Shown piece after piece: positions 43,553 to 52,864 of a stretch of 64,000 bases of DNA. Source of the stretch: a virus. The stretch's first letter is position 1. Each line of letters begins with the position of its first letter. The notes under the pieces are model-generated. The model was not told the DNA's origin. It did not search any database and saw only the letters and a list, made by a program, of their open reading frames with translations. Where the stretch lies: the IMG/VR virus record IMGVR_UViG_3300028423_000861, positions 64,001-128,000 of that record; one strand, given 5' to 3'. The translations under genes and the position numbers were made by a program.

Positions 43553-43639
43553 ACTGTTTGCTGGACTCTTTGTAAGGTTGCGAACCTTTTATTTGTTTAC
43601 GCATCTATCATAACAACCCAGATGCAACCAGCTAATTCA

Positions 43640-43724
43640 TGGTGGGAGAGTGTGGAATCGAACCACGCGCTTTTACACTCCAGTTTTACAGACCTTCTGT
43701 AGGGACCACCTACTGAACTCTCCC
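43640..43724 (-). tRNA. tRNA-Tyr(GUA), 8/4 fold, weak anticodon stem
   Basis: GGGAGAGT/ACTCTCCC, loop CTGTAAA. Confidence 0.7.
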
Positions 43725-43733
43725 ATGTATTTT

Positions 43734-43810
43734 TGGTAGTCGAGGAAGGAATCGAACCTTCATAAGACGGTTATCGGCCGCCCGCAATTGACCAACTCTG
43801 CCACACGACT
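43734..43810 (-). tRNA. tRNA-Ile(GAU)
   Basis: loop CCGATAA. Confidence 0.82.
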
Positions 43811-43816
43811 ATATTC

Positions 43817-43895
43817 TGGTGCCTCTGGGAAGAGTCGAACTTCCGACAGACAAGCCTTATCAGGACTCCGCTCTAACCAACTGAGCTACAGAGGC
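43817..43895 (-). tRNA. tRNA-Ile(GAU)
   Basis: loop CTGATAA. Confidence 0.9.
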
Positions 43896-43901
43896 AAATA
43901 T

Positions 43902-43979
43902 TGGTAGCGGGAGTGGGATTTGCACCCACGTCGATCGGCTTATGAGACCGATGCTGGCAACTACTCCAGTCCATCCCGA
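43902..43979 (-). tRNA. tRNA-Met(CAU), atypical
   Basis: loop CTCATAA, T-loop TGCAAAT. Confidence 0.75.
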
Positions 43980-44090
43980 CATGATTCTTTAAAACGGGCA
44001 GCGAGGGGATTTGCACCAGGTCCCTAAACCCTCTCCTCTTTTTCACTGACTAGGGAATCAGCTACTCTAGCGCCTTGCACTGCCACTAAC

Positions 44091-44166
44091 TGGCGGATGT
44101 GAAGGGATTCGAACCCTCGCATGGCGGATCGACAATCCGCTGTGTTAACCACTTCACCACACATCC
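44091..44166 (-). tRNA. tRNA-Asp(GUC)
   Basis: GCGGA-TTGTCGA-TCCGC. Confidence 0.92.
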
Positions 44167-44188
44167 AAATCTTCTTGCTCAACGACAA

Positions 44189-44259
44189 TTTACATACAGG
44201 AATCGAACCTGTGTCCCCCGGTTTTTGGCCGGGCGGCATATCCACTAGCCCAATGTAGC
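44189..44259 (-). pseudogene. tRNA relic (AAA at anticodon position, frayed acceptor, no CCA)
   Basis: intact D and T arms. Confidence 0.6.
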
Positions 44260-44438
44260 ACAAACATGTTCCGTGTTGCAGAACAGAACACATAAGGGTC
44301 TTTGAGCAAAGGTGCTGCAACACACCTATTCAAATTCAGCCGGAAGTTTCTTTTAACGTGCTGCCGGATCAGACACACAATTGCAATGGATGTGTAGTAT
44401 TCGTTGGCGCCCCACCCATCTTATTGCAAAATGGTATT

Positions 44439-44511
44439 TGGCACCCTCGAGAAGAATCGAACTTCTGTAAGCTGGCTTCGTAGACCTGCCACCGGATCCA
44501 CCGGCGAGGGT
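44439..44511 (-). tRNA. tRNA-Arg(ACG)
   Basis: loop CTACGAA. Confidence 0.8.
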
Positions 44512-44701
44512 GTTATAGTAATTCTTTACTCTGGAATATTTCGTAATTTACTTGTTCATCTAAACGATCACTCACTAAATTTTTAGGTTGGTTACGCTCG
44601 GCCTCTTCCCGCGTTTCGAACGGGCCATGAACTCGACTGTAATACCATCCGTTTTCTTTTACATACCACAACATCAAGCTCTCCTTTCTTTATAAAATTT
44701 T

Positions 44702-44778
44702 TGGCAAGGGTGGAGGGAATCGAACCCCCGTCGCAAGGTTTTGGAGACCCGCAGCTTATCCAATTAGAACACACCCCC
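44702..44778 (-). tRNA. tRNA-Trp(CCA)
   Basis: loop CTCCAAA, G73. Confidence 0.85.
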
Positions 44779-44785
44779 ATTATTT

Positions 44786-44863
44786 TGGCTGGCAGAGTGG
44801 GACTCGAACCCACCTTATTCTCGGTTAACAGCCGAGCGCGATCACCTGGATTGCTTTCTGCCA
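44786..44863 (-). tRNA. tRNA-Asn(GUU)
   Basis: CTCGG-CTGTTAA-CCGAG. Confidence 0.85.
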
Positions 44864-44977
44864 ATAATCTCTAGGTCCAGTATGGCCGTTACCACGTGGG
44901 TCTGCCGCCACTTGAATACTGGACTTCTGGCCCTTGCAGAACAAGCTATCCACTAGAGGGCATGTTGGTTTATAATT

Positions 44978-45074
44978 TGGCTGAGCCTAGCCCGGATTCG
45001 AACCGTGCTTCCTATGCTCGAGATACTGTGCACCTCTCTCAAGTTTGCTTTACCCTGTCTAAGCTATAAGCCCA
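44978..45074 (-). ncRNA. tRNA-like RNA with elongated anticodon arm
   Basis: acceptor stem, D-arm, T-loop and GCCA present; CTTGAGA/TCTCGAG extended arm. Confidence 0.65.
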
Positions 45075-45154
45075 TAATTATTATGTGATTGGCTCTTGAC
45101 CCTTCATCGGGCGACTTAGCCTTGCGGTGTCTTATAGACTACAAGGCACCATGT

Positions 45155-45229
45155 TGGCTGCGCAGGTAGGATTCGAACCTACGACCAAGTGATTAACAGT
45201 CACCTGCTCTGCCACTGAGCTACTGCGCA
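45155..45229 (-). tRNA. tRNA-Asn(GUU)
   Basis: canonical cloverleaf. Confidence 0.93.
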
Positions 45230-45269
45230 ATAATTTCTTGCGACTTACGGGTTCTTCACCCTGCGCTAG

Positions 45270-45765
45270 TATTCTGATCACAACTGCTATAAAGTGCTCT
45301 GCCTGGTTTCGAACCTTCGGCCAGCATCAGGCCTACAACCTACCGCACTGCTGTATGGGAAGCAGGAGATTTATAGCATGTGAAATCAGAATAGCTTTTT
45401 AGTTAATGTATAAGATATCATCGCCGTTTTGTCTCTGTACAGGCGTAATCCTGCACAGAGGAACTTAGATATCTTATACAATAACCAACTCTACTTTCAG
45501 CTGCACTATTTGTCAAAGGCGGTCTCGAACCGTCCCGACAACAGTGACAATCTGCCATCGGTGCTCCATATGCAATCCTATAGTGCATGTGAAAGTAAAC
45601 TCTACTTTCATCTGCTGATACATGATGGAGTCGAACCATCTCGGCGGGCCGTCGCCCTATTCGCTACACCGCGTATAAAGAAGGAATCGAACCTTCGCAC
45701 AGTCACCAAGACCCTAGTCCGGAATCGAACCGGATTACCTTACCACGTGCATCAGCATATGAAAA
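45270..45765 (-). ncRNA. three tandem long-stem RNAs with T-loop hairpins (45270-45393, 45493-45596, 45604-45765)
   Basis: each closed by a long stem with TTCAYATGC/GCAGNTG; 1, 1 and 3 GGTTCGA hairpins inside. Confidence 0.65.
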
Positions 45766-46013
45766 CAGAATCAGTCTTCACTACCATTCGGTCTTCTGCG
45801 GGCATTTCAGCCGACATTCTCTCGTGCTAGAAGGAAGTCCTGGGCAACTGGGCCCTCTAGCAGTTGAAAGGAGCACTCCCGGGGTGGTTAGTCCCATTAT
45901 GGCGAGCTGATATGTCGCTACTTGGCGACGCTCCTGTGTTTCGTAACAACCAACTGTGTCGCTTGCTACATGTTCTAAAGTAAGACATCTTGGTTTAAAT
46001 GTCAACTACTTTT

Positions 46014-46181
46014 TTAAAAAATTTCTTCTTTTTTTGAAACTTTATAAAACAGTAGTTTGGTATCCCCGACTGGATTCGAACCAGCACCCTCCAGAGTGAA
46101 AATCTGGCGTCCAAGACCATTTAGACCGCGGGGACATCTTTCTTCGTCTTCTTCGTCTTCTTCTTCGTGTTCGTCTTCCAT
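46014..46181 (-). CDS. Glu(GAA)-rich leader ORF reading through tRNA-Glu(UUC)
   Basis: AGGAG 7 nt before ATG; MEDEHEEEDEEDEER...; 55 codons. Confidence 0.6.
   Translation of the reverse strand: MEDEHEEEDEEDEERCPRGLNGLGRQIFTLEGAGSNPVGDTKLLFYKVSKKEEIF
46058..46135 (-). tRNA. tRNA-Glu(UUC)
   Basis: CCAGA-TTTTCAC-TCTGG. Confidence 0.92.
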
Positions 46182-46198
46182 TACATTGCTCCTAGACT

Positions 46199-46232
46199 AA
46201 AAAACCCTCCTAAGCTTTTTGCTTGGAGGGTT
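46199..46232 (-). terminator. intrinsic terminator of putative attenuator
   Basis: AACCCTCC-AAGC-AAAAA-GCTT-A-GGAGGG-TTTTTT. Confidence 0.85.
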
Positions 46233-46261
46233 GCTTGAGTATACTATCTGATCTAGTTCAG

Positions 46262-46411
46262 CTAGTCTCTTGCACCCTCCCCAATAGGCTCAAAGCGATC
46301 TCCATCGAGGCGTGACTGCATAATGCCATAATTCAACGCCCAGCTTTGTTCGCTGGTATTCAGACCTTTGACGGCCTTGTTGAATATGATATGTGACATT
46401 GTTGTTTGCAT
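46262..46411 (-). CDS. 49-aa attenuator leader peptide
   Basis: ATG..TAG between promoter (TTGACG-17-TATGTT, 46471-46499) and terminator; last codons GGAGGGTGC complementary to the terminator 5' arm. Confidence 0.7.
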   Translation of the reverse strand: MQTTMSHIIFNKAVKGLNTSEQSWALNYGIMQSRLDGDRFEPIGEGARD

Positions 46412-46605
46412 TACTATCTCTGTTTGATGTAGCAGCTTTTGCTGTTACGTTTATTTATCTCTTGTTAATCAACATACGCTAAAAAATCTAACTCGTCAAC
46501 AACTTTTTTTGTTTTTTTTGACGGCAACATGTCGTCGCCGCCATGTTCTTCAATATAGTGCTTGGTGACACAAAGGTCAAGAACTTTTTTAAAATAATTT
46601 TTGCT

Positions 46606-47757
46606 TCACATATAATTGCTGTTAATCATTTTACGAACACGCTCGGAATCAATGGGTTGTGTCTCGCACAGGCCATCAATGATCCGCACACACGATGTTT
46701 TCCACATAGTGTTGTAATCTACTCCCTGCCGCCGCCAGTCATGATAACCTTCTTTCCTAGCAGCTTCCATCGCTAGATCGTTTTGTTTGATAAATTCTTG
46801 GAGTGGGTACAGAACACCGTTTTGATCATAGTATCTTGCTGAGTCGGGACCCACAAGAAAATATTTGTCTTTGCCGATCTTGGGTAGTGATTCCCCCCTT
46901 GCAATGATTTTTTTCACTTGCATCTTGCTTTTACGGAAATCAATTTCATTATCAACATTAACATATTTTGCAAATCTCTCTTCAAGACTCACTTGTTTGT
47001 AGATATGCATTGGTCCTACGTTTCGGCCTTCGAGATGATCCGGAACAATCTTATAAAATTCACGTTCAACATGTTTCTCAAAATCTTCAGGATTATCCGA
47101 GAAAAAACTAAGGAAACCATTACGCGGAACGCTTATTGTGCCGCGTTCGGCCGTTAGTTTTTCGTCAATTACACGCTCACCAATTGGAATGATATATTCA
47201 ACATTATAATATCCAATATACAACCAATCTCCCCACGTATTGGAAACCACATCACCAGGTTGATGATCTAGTGTGGTTTTTTGCTTTTTCTTGTCATGTT
47301 TTTTGACTTCACTCTTGGCTTTTTCAAATGCTTTATCTGCTGAACGAATCAAACGGTTATTCGCACCATCTCGAATCCAGACCAATTCGTCTTTGATTTT
47401 TCCGTGATTGATTTCACAGTTAAGAATTAGATCAACAAGATTGGGAATATAAATTTCCAGTTCAAACCCACGAGGATCAACTACTCTTACAACTTTATTA
47501 TCAGTTACATAACGACCAGACCACCCAACAATTTCAAACCCGGTCATAGGCTTGTTATCATAAACCTTTCCTTCTCGTCCAGCCCAACGACGAGCCGTAG
47601 CTTTTCTTTTCTTAGCACCGCTATCGTCACCATCTGGGACAGCAAATGCTAGAGGTTTTCCACTACAGGTATCTGATTTACCGGTAGTGATATAATATTT
47701 GTCAAAATATTTAGGATTCGAGAGCTTCATCACCAGACTCCAGGTCTTTGTTGCCAT
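46606..47757 (-). CDS. hypothetical phage protein
   Basis: long ORF, DPRGFELEI motif. Confidence 0.7.
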   Translation of the reverse strand: MATKTWSLVMKLSNPKYFDKYYITTGKSDTCSGKPLAFAVPDGDDSGAKKRKATARRWAGREGKVYDNKPMTGFEIVGWSGRYVTDNKVVRVVDPRGFELEIYIPNLVDLILNCEINHGKIKDELVWIRDGANNRLIRSADKAFEKAKSEVKKHDKKKQKTTLDHQPGDVVSNTWGDWLYIGYYNVEYIIPIGERVIDEKLTAERGTISVPRNGFLSFFSDNPEDFEKHVEREFYKIVPDHLEGRNVGPMHIYKQVSLEERFAKYVNVDNEIDFRKSKMQVKKIIARGESLPKIGKDKYFLVGPDSARYYDQNGVLYPLQEFIKQNDLAMEAARKEGYHDWRRQGVDYNTMWKTSCVRIIDGLCETQPIDSERVRKMINSNYM

Positions 47758-48062
47758 TCAATCTATCTTGAATTTCTGATACTGGAACAATACTATGAGC
47801 ACTGTGCACTGATGATTGCTGTTGCTCATAAAGCCACTCGGTAACCTTGTGGGTGGGCCAGAGTGCTATTTGTCCAATCGTGTCTGCAACATGAACAATG
47901 CCGATCATAATCAAACCAAACAGCACGAATGGTAAGAACAAAACAAATGTCATGATCGAAGCCAATTTGATTAGATAAACTTGTCTAACATATTGACGAA
48001 TTTCAGGACATTTACGATAAACTTCGATGTCTTTAAATATTTTTTTCATGATATACCTGCAA

Positions 48063-48148
48063 TGGAGTTGCGGGCGAGAGTCGAACTCGCTAGGTGTTAG
48101 CCTGCCTTGGATTTGCAATCCAGCCCCTTACCGTCCGGGCCCCGCAAC
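48063..48148 (-). tRNA. tRNA-Cys(GCA), long V-arm
   Basis: loop TTGCAAA, U73. Confidence 0.85.
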
Positions 48149-48184
48149 ATCTGCCAGGAGTTAAAACTCCTGGCATTTGGGTGT

Positions 48185-48301
48185 TTAACCGCCCCAACCT
48201 TCAATGGCGCTTTCGCGACATGAACAGTCAGGACCACATTTGCATGATTCACCACATGGGCAAACATCAAGCAAACTGTCTCTATAACCTTCTCTAAACA
48301 T
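48185..48301 (-). CDS. 38-aa Cys-rich (metallothionein-like or leader) peptide upstream of tRNA-Cys
   Basis: AGGAG RBS, CPCGESCKCGPDCSC, hairpin 48152-48175 before the tRNA. Confidence 0.7.
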   Translation of the reverse strand: MFREGYRDSLLDVCPCGESCKCGPDCSCRESAIEGWGG

Positions 48302-49103
48302 GTTAGTCTCCTGTTGCTGGCTATTTATCAGCAACATCATTATGATGCATTTTGATATGATGCATTTTGATAAAGAATTTGTCAACTGTTATTTGTTATA
48401 CTCGGTAAGTTCTTGATCACCAAATGCTAGCTTGAACATAGTGGCATGTTCAGGGTTGCTAAATCCCAAGGTAAAATCATTACCGAACTTGCTGAAAATT
48501 TGATATTCATGGCTACTGGTATTATCTTGTAACCATTCAATGGTCTTTGCAAAATTAAGTTCATTCAACAAAAACAAATCTCTAGGAACGCGAGTCCAGA
48601 GTATTTGTTTTGCAATGCGACGCGGGTTGAGTGAACTAATATTTTTAAGCCCCAAGGCATGTTTTTCGATTTTAGTTGCTGTCATGTATCCAAGAGACTG
48701 CGACTTACATTTAACTTCAATAACATATTTGGATAAACATTTGTTCGTCGGAGACAAAGGACTCGGTTTAAAAACGACCTTGATACTAGGAACACTTTCC
48801 GAAAAATCAAATGGATTATCAGTCAGTCCATACATATCACAATACATTTTTTCGATAAACCGTGATGTTTTTTTATAATACATTTTGAGTGGTGGATAAC
48901 CACTACCAAAAATAGAATCTAGGCGTTTTGTAGGAATCCGGATTTCATAAGACATGTTATTATCAGATGTTACTCTTTTTCTTGGATTTCGCTTTTTCGG
49001 AAAATTTTTCTTTTTTATACTAGAGGACCTTGTAAAAAGATCCTCTAGTTGTTTTTCACGCTCACGTGCTCTTTTGAGAGCGTTGTGAACCCACTGTTTT
49101 CGA

Positions 49104-49592
49104 TTAGCTTCGTTCAAACCGACCATGCGCTGCCGCATCTGCTCCAAAACTAGCTGCAAAACTTTCAGGCTTGAGCTTGATCTGTTCTTCAGGAAGACCT
49201 GTTACACCAAGAACATATCCAGCCGCTTCGCTAGCAGCACAGTTTGAACCGTGCTTGGGATCAGTGTTGATATCCAAGTGAACTTCGATATCAAACTCAT
49301 CAATAAATGGAATTAGCTGTGTGTAAAGTTCACATACCTTTTGAACTTCTTTCATCATCCGCATCTTGGGACGGTTGATTTTAAGATCATAATCGGGTTC
49401 TGTGCTGATGTGACTGAACAAGCGGCATCCATTCTTTCCATTCATATGGATAATGAATACTGTCGCATAGTTTGCATACCAGCGACCATTCTTGCGTGTT
49501 CTCACACTGTCACAACCGAAATATATTTTGGTGTTTGTATCTAACGTAGACAGCAATTCTACGATTTCTTCAACTTGATCCTGACTGAACAT
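49104..49592 (-). CDS. RNase H-like YkuK family protein
   Basis: IYFGCDS, YATV, RM..EV, EVHLDIN, KP.SFAAS..AD. Confidence 0.85.
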   Translation of the reverse strand: MFSQDQVEEIVELLSTLDTNTKIYFGCDSVRTRKNGRWYANYATVFIIHMNGKNGCRLFSHISTEPDYDLKINRPKMRMMKEVQKVCELYTQLIPFIDEFDIEVHLDINTDPKHGSNCAASEAAGYVLGVTGLPEEQIKLKPESFAASFGADAAAHGRFERS

Positions 49593-50991
49593 TTTCTATC
49601 TCATTTCTACTTTTCCTGTTGTGCGTTTTAGAAAATAATTTTACAATTGTTACATACTCTGAATGTTTGTCAACACATTTTTATTTAGTGTGTAATCCCA
49701 AGGTTATCTAAAGAATGTTGTTTTTTATAAACTCTCGCTCGTCTTCAGTGAGAACTACGTAACAATATGTTTGGAGACGTTGTGGTGTTTGCCACCATTT
49801 ATCAGGATAGGTATAATCCCCAAGTGGCAACGCGCCAATTTTTCCATTACCTTCATGTCCGTCAAACTTCCCAATGTTCTTTGGTCCGATACTTGCATTG
49901 TGTGACCAAGACCAAATCCAGTCATCCGTTGCAAGATTGTCAGGAGGTAAAGTATCCCAAACGAGACGTTCGCGCATGGTGTCACGATATTCTTTTGACC
50001 ACATCCACTTCCCGTCTTTACGTTGTGTAAATTTTTCCATTAGTAGATCTTGACCTTATTTGGTTTAAATTTACGATCAAAGCGGTTGGTGGTTCCCATG
50101 AGGGCAAAGTGATCATTCTCATCAACTGCATAGACCATTGCTGCTCTGACACGTGGAAGATGTTGATCATCATACACGGTCTCAGCAAAATTTACAACTT
50201 CTTCAAAATTTTCGTTAGAATAGTAAACACGGCTGTTCTTTTGAGGAACGTGCAAAACCACATTGTAATACACTGCGTTCTTACGAACTACCTCGTCAGC
50301 TGCATCTTGATCACTCATCTGTCCTTTGCGCGGCATGGCTCAAGTTCTCCCTATGGAATTTGTTTGCACACTCAACACCACAAAAATAAACATCAGCATT
50401 CATGGGCTCTGTTGGTTTTGCACCAAAATAGTATAGTGGCCATTCGCCCAGGAATTCTCCTTTATGTCCGATATAACTTCCTGTTTCACGGATGTCAAGT
50501 GTTCCGCACTGTGCACATTGAATATCTCTCATAACCATCTCAATTTAAAAATCACTGCATCTTCTTGATCTCTGAATGCAAAAACATCTCCTGCCCAGCT
50601 ATAATTGTCGATACCAATTTTTTCACGACACCATCTATGAATTTCCTGCCATGATGACTGTTTGCGGCTCATGTCCAAATTAACAAGATAACACAGATTC
50701 CTACTCCAGAAAACGGCAGATGCAGGATGACCAAGATTGAATCTTTTTACATCGTTGTTGTATTGTTCTCTTGTTATCATTATCTCGTTGTATTAAATAC
50801 CAAGAATACGCGAGACACGCTCATCGAGCCCTTTCTCTGGGTGTCTTTGGAGGTGTTCAGCTAACTGTTCGAAATAAAACGCGGCTGACTCGTCGCCGCC
50901 TTCTTCTAGTAGACGAGCGGCTTCTGATGCAAACTCTTTCAGCCTTTGAACGTTGATTGATCCTTCACCAGGCATTGCCGCACGGTATGTC

Positions 50992-51195
50992 TTAGCTGGA
51001 CGTTGATTCATTACAGTTTCCTTTGTATCTCATATTCCATTGTTTGCCGTGATCAAATGTTTCACCGGTTTCTAGAATGCACCCACACCAGAGGCAAGCA
51101 TATATCGTGCTTTGACGTCTGTCGCCATATCGTTGGATTTCGGCCTCACCACCACAGAAAGGACAAGGGTCAAGTTCTATCACGACGTTCACCAA
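50992..51195 (-). CDS. Lar-family restriction alleviation-like zinc finger
   Basis: L.PCPFCGGEA...C..C...WN.R. Confidence 0.75.
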   Translation of the reverse strand: MVNVVIELDPCPFCGGEAEIQRYGDRRQSTIYACLWCGCILETGETFDHGKQWNMRYKGNCNESTSS

Positions 51196-52097
51196 CTAGT
51201 ATCTTGGCTTGTTCTTGCCAGGAAAAACAAGAAATTGGGTGACATGGGTCAATCAAATGCTGTGCTTGCTTGACAAGATCTTCAAGCAAGAAAATCCTGA
51301 ATTTTAATTCTTCAAGATCGTCTTCTGCACTTACCGGTTCTTCCTTAGCCATTCTGGCACATCCTCATGTGTTCCATTCAACATACGTTCAAGGTCACTT
51401 TCTGGGCGACTATTGAATTCATTGAGTTTGCTAATAAAGAATTCTTGCCTATTGCTGTTTACTGCGTCAATAGCTTCAGACGAAAGCTTTGCCAGACGAA
51501 TATAAGCAGCGGCCCTGACAGGGTCACTGTCCTTATAACGTCCAGCCATATAAGCTTGTTTAAATCCAAAAAGCATTAGTCTTGCTTTTTGGAACGGGAC
51601 TTTGCGTAACTTCATTCTACCTCCTATGCGGCGTATTCATTCAGCCCATATTCTTCACACACAAGGACAAGGAAACGCTCGTATTCCGACATGGGGATTT
51701 CCTGCTTCCACAGGTAAAACTCGATCTCTTGCTTGGCAGTGCCATACTCCGCAAGGGCTTTCTGGACATCTACATCGAAAGATTCCATGTCCCAGCGAAG
51801 AGCAGTAGCAAGCGAGATTCCATATTCTTCAACCATGCCATTTAGGCGGGCTTCGAATTCCTCAAGTGCAATGTTCTCGTAACGCTGACGACGGGCTTCA
51901 CGATCCTCAAGCTCTTCGCAAAGGTTATTCCAGGTTTCTTGCTTCTGGGCTTGGGTCATATCATGGAACATCATCATGAAACCCTCGGTCGGCTTGACAC
52001 CGCGAGCGTCTTTGTGAAGTTCGGAAATAAGTTCAAAACCACGAGCCATTGCTGAATCCTTTCATCAAAGCGTCTTGCTTACAATATCAATATAGTA

Positions 52098-52802
52098 TTA
52101 ATGATGCTGTTTGTCAACGTTTGATTGATATTTTTCCGAGGCTCTGAGGAAATTCTTTCCAATTGAATGTATAAGATCTGTGCTCATTACAATTTCATAG
52201 TGGGTAGCTTGAATATATTTGGTATATAGGTCTTTGCGGGCAGTCATGCTAGATACAGTGAGAACACAGTCATTGTTTTCTCCCATTCCTGGAGCACCGC
52301 CTCGTGTGCTTACATAATTGGTCCATCGACCTGGAAGATCAAATGTTCTTGCTGCTTGGATAATTTCTGATCGGGTTCCCACTTCACGGTATAGCCTATG
52401 ATTCGGAACCATATATTTGGCCCAGTCTGCTGCTTTGCTCCCGCCCCAAGGCGAAGCAATGGTTGCTCCCCCAATACACTCAACCATTTGTGACATGTGT
52501 GCAGCATAAATCCCGCCCATGCTATGACCGACAATATAAAGTGGCCCGCGCTTTTTAACCGCTGAAACCATTTCTTCAAGGTTATTGTGGAATCCTCCAT
52601 CAACACTCCATTCGATATTGATATATTCAAATCCTGGCAAAGCATGACGGAGATATTCAAATGTAACGTTTGACTGGTAGGCACCGTGTATTAGGACAAT
52701 ACTAGGAAGCGGCGCATGTTCTTCATGGACATGCGGGTGATCAATTTCGACCTGAACCGGGGCTCTGTTGAACCATTTCCAAGGACGCAAGTTCATATAC
52801 AT
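52098..52802 (-). CDS. alpha/beta hydrolase
   Basis: VLIHG, GHSMGG, SPWGGS, ND, HYE. Confidence 0.85.
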   Translation of the reverse strand: MYMNLRPWKWFNRAPVQVEIDHPHVHEEHAPLPSIVLIHGAYQSNVTFEYLRHALPGFEYINIEWSVDGGFHNNLEEMVSAVKKRGPLYIVGHSMGGIYAAHMSQMVECIGGATIASPWGGSKAADWAKYMVPNHRLYREVGTRSEIIQAARTFDLPGRWTNYVSTRGGAPGMGENNDCVLTVSSMTARKDLYTKYIQATHYEIVMSTDLIHSIGKNFLRASEKYQSNVDKQHH

Positions 52803-52864
52803 ACCATCATTATTTATAGTTGTATTGGACTAACCATGGTCCAATACGGAGTTATTTCTGGCTC

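Noticed and set aside
43993-44088. Cobalamin riboswitch-like GGTGCAAATCC..GCTGCCC
   Set aside because: Lacks the downstream conserved core; better explained as a degenerate tRNA with GGCAGTG/CGCTGCC acceptor
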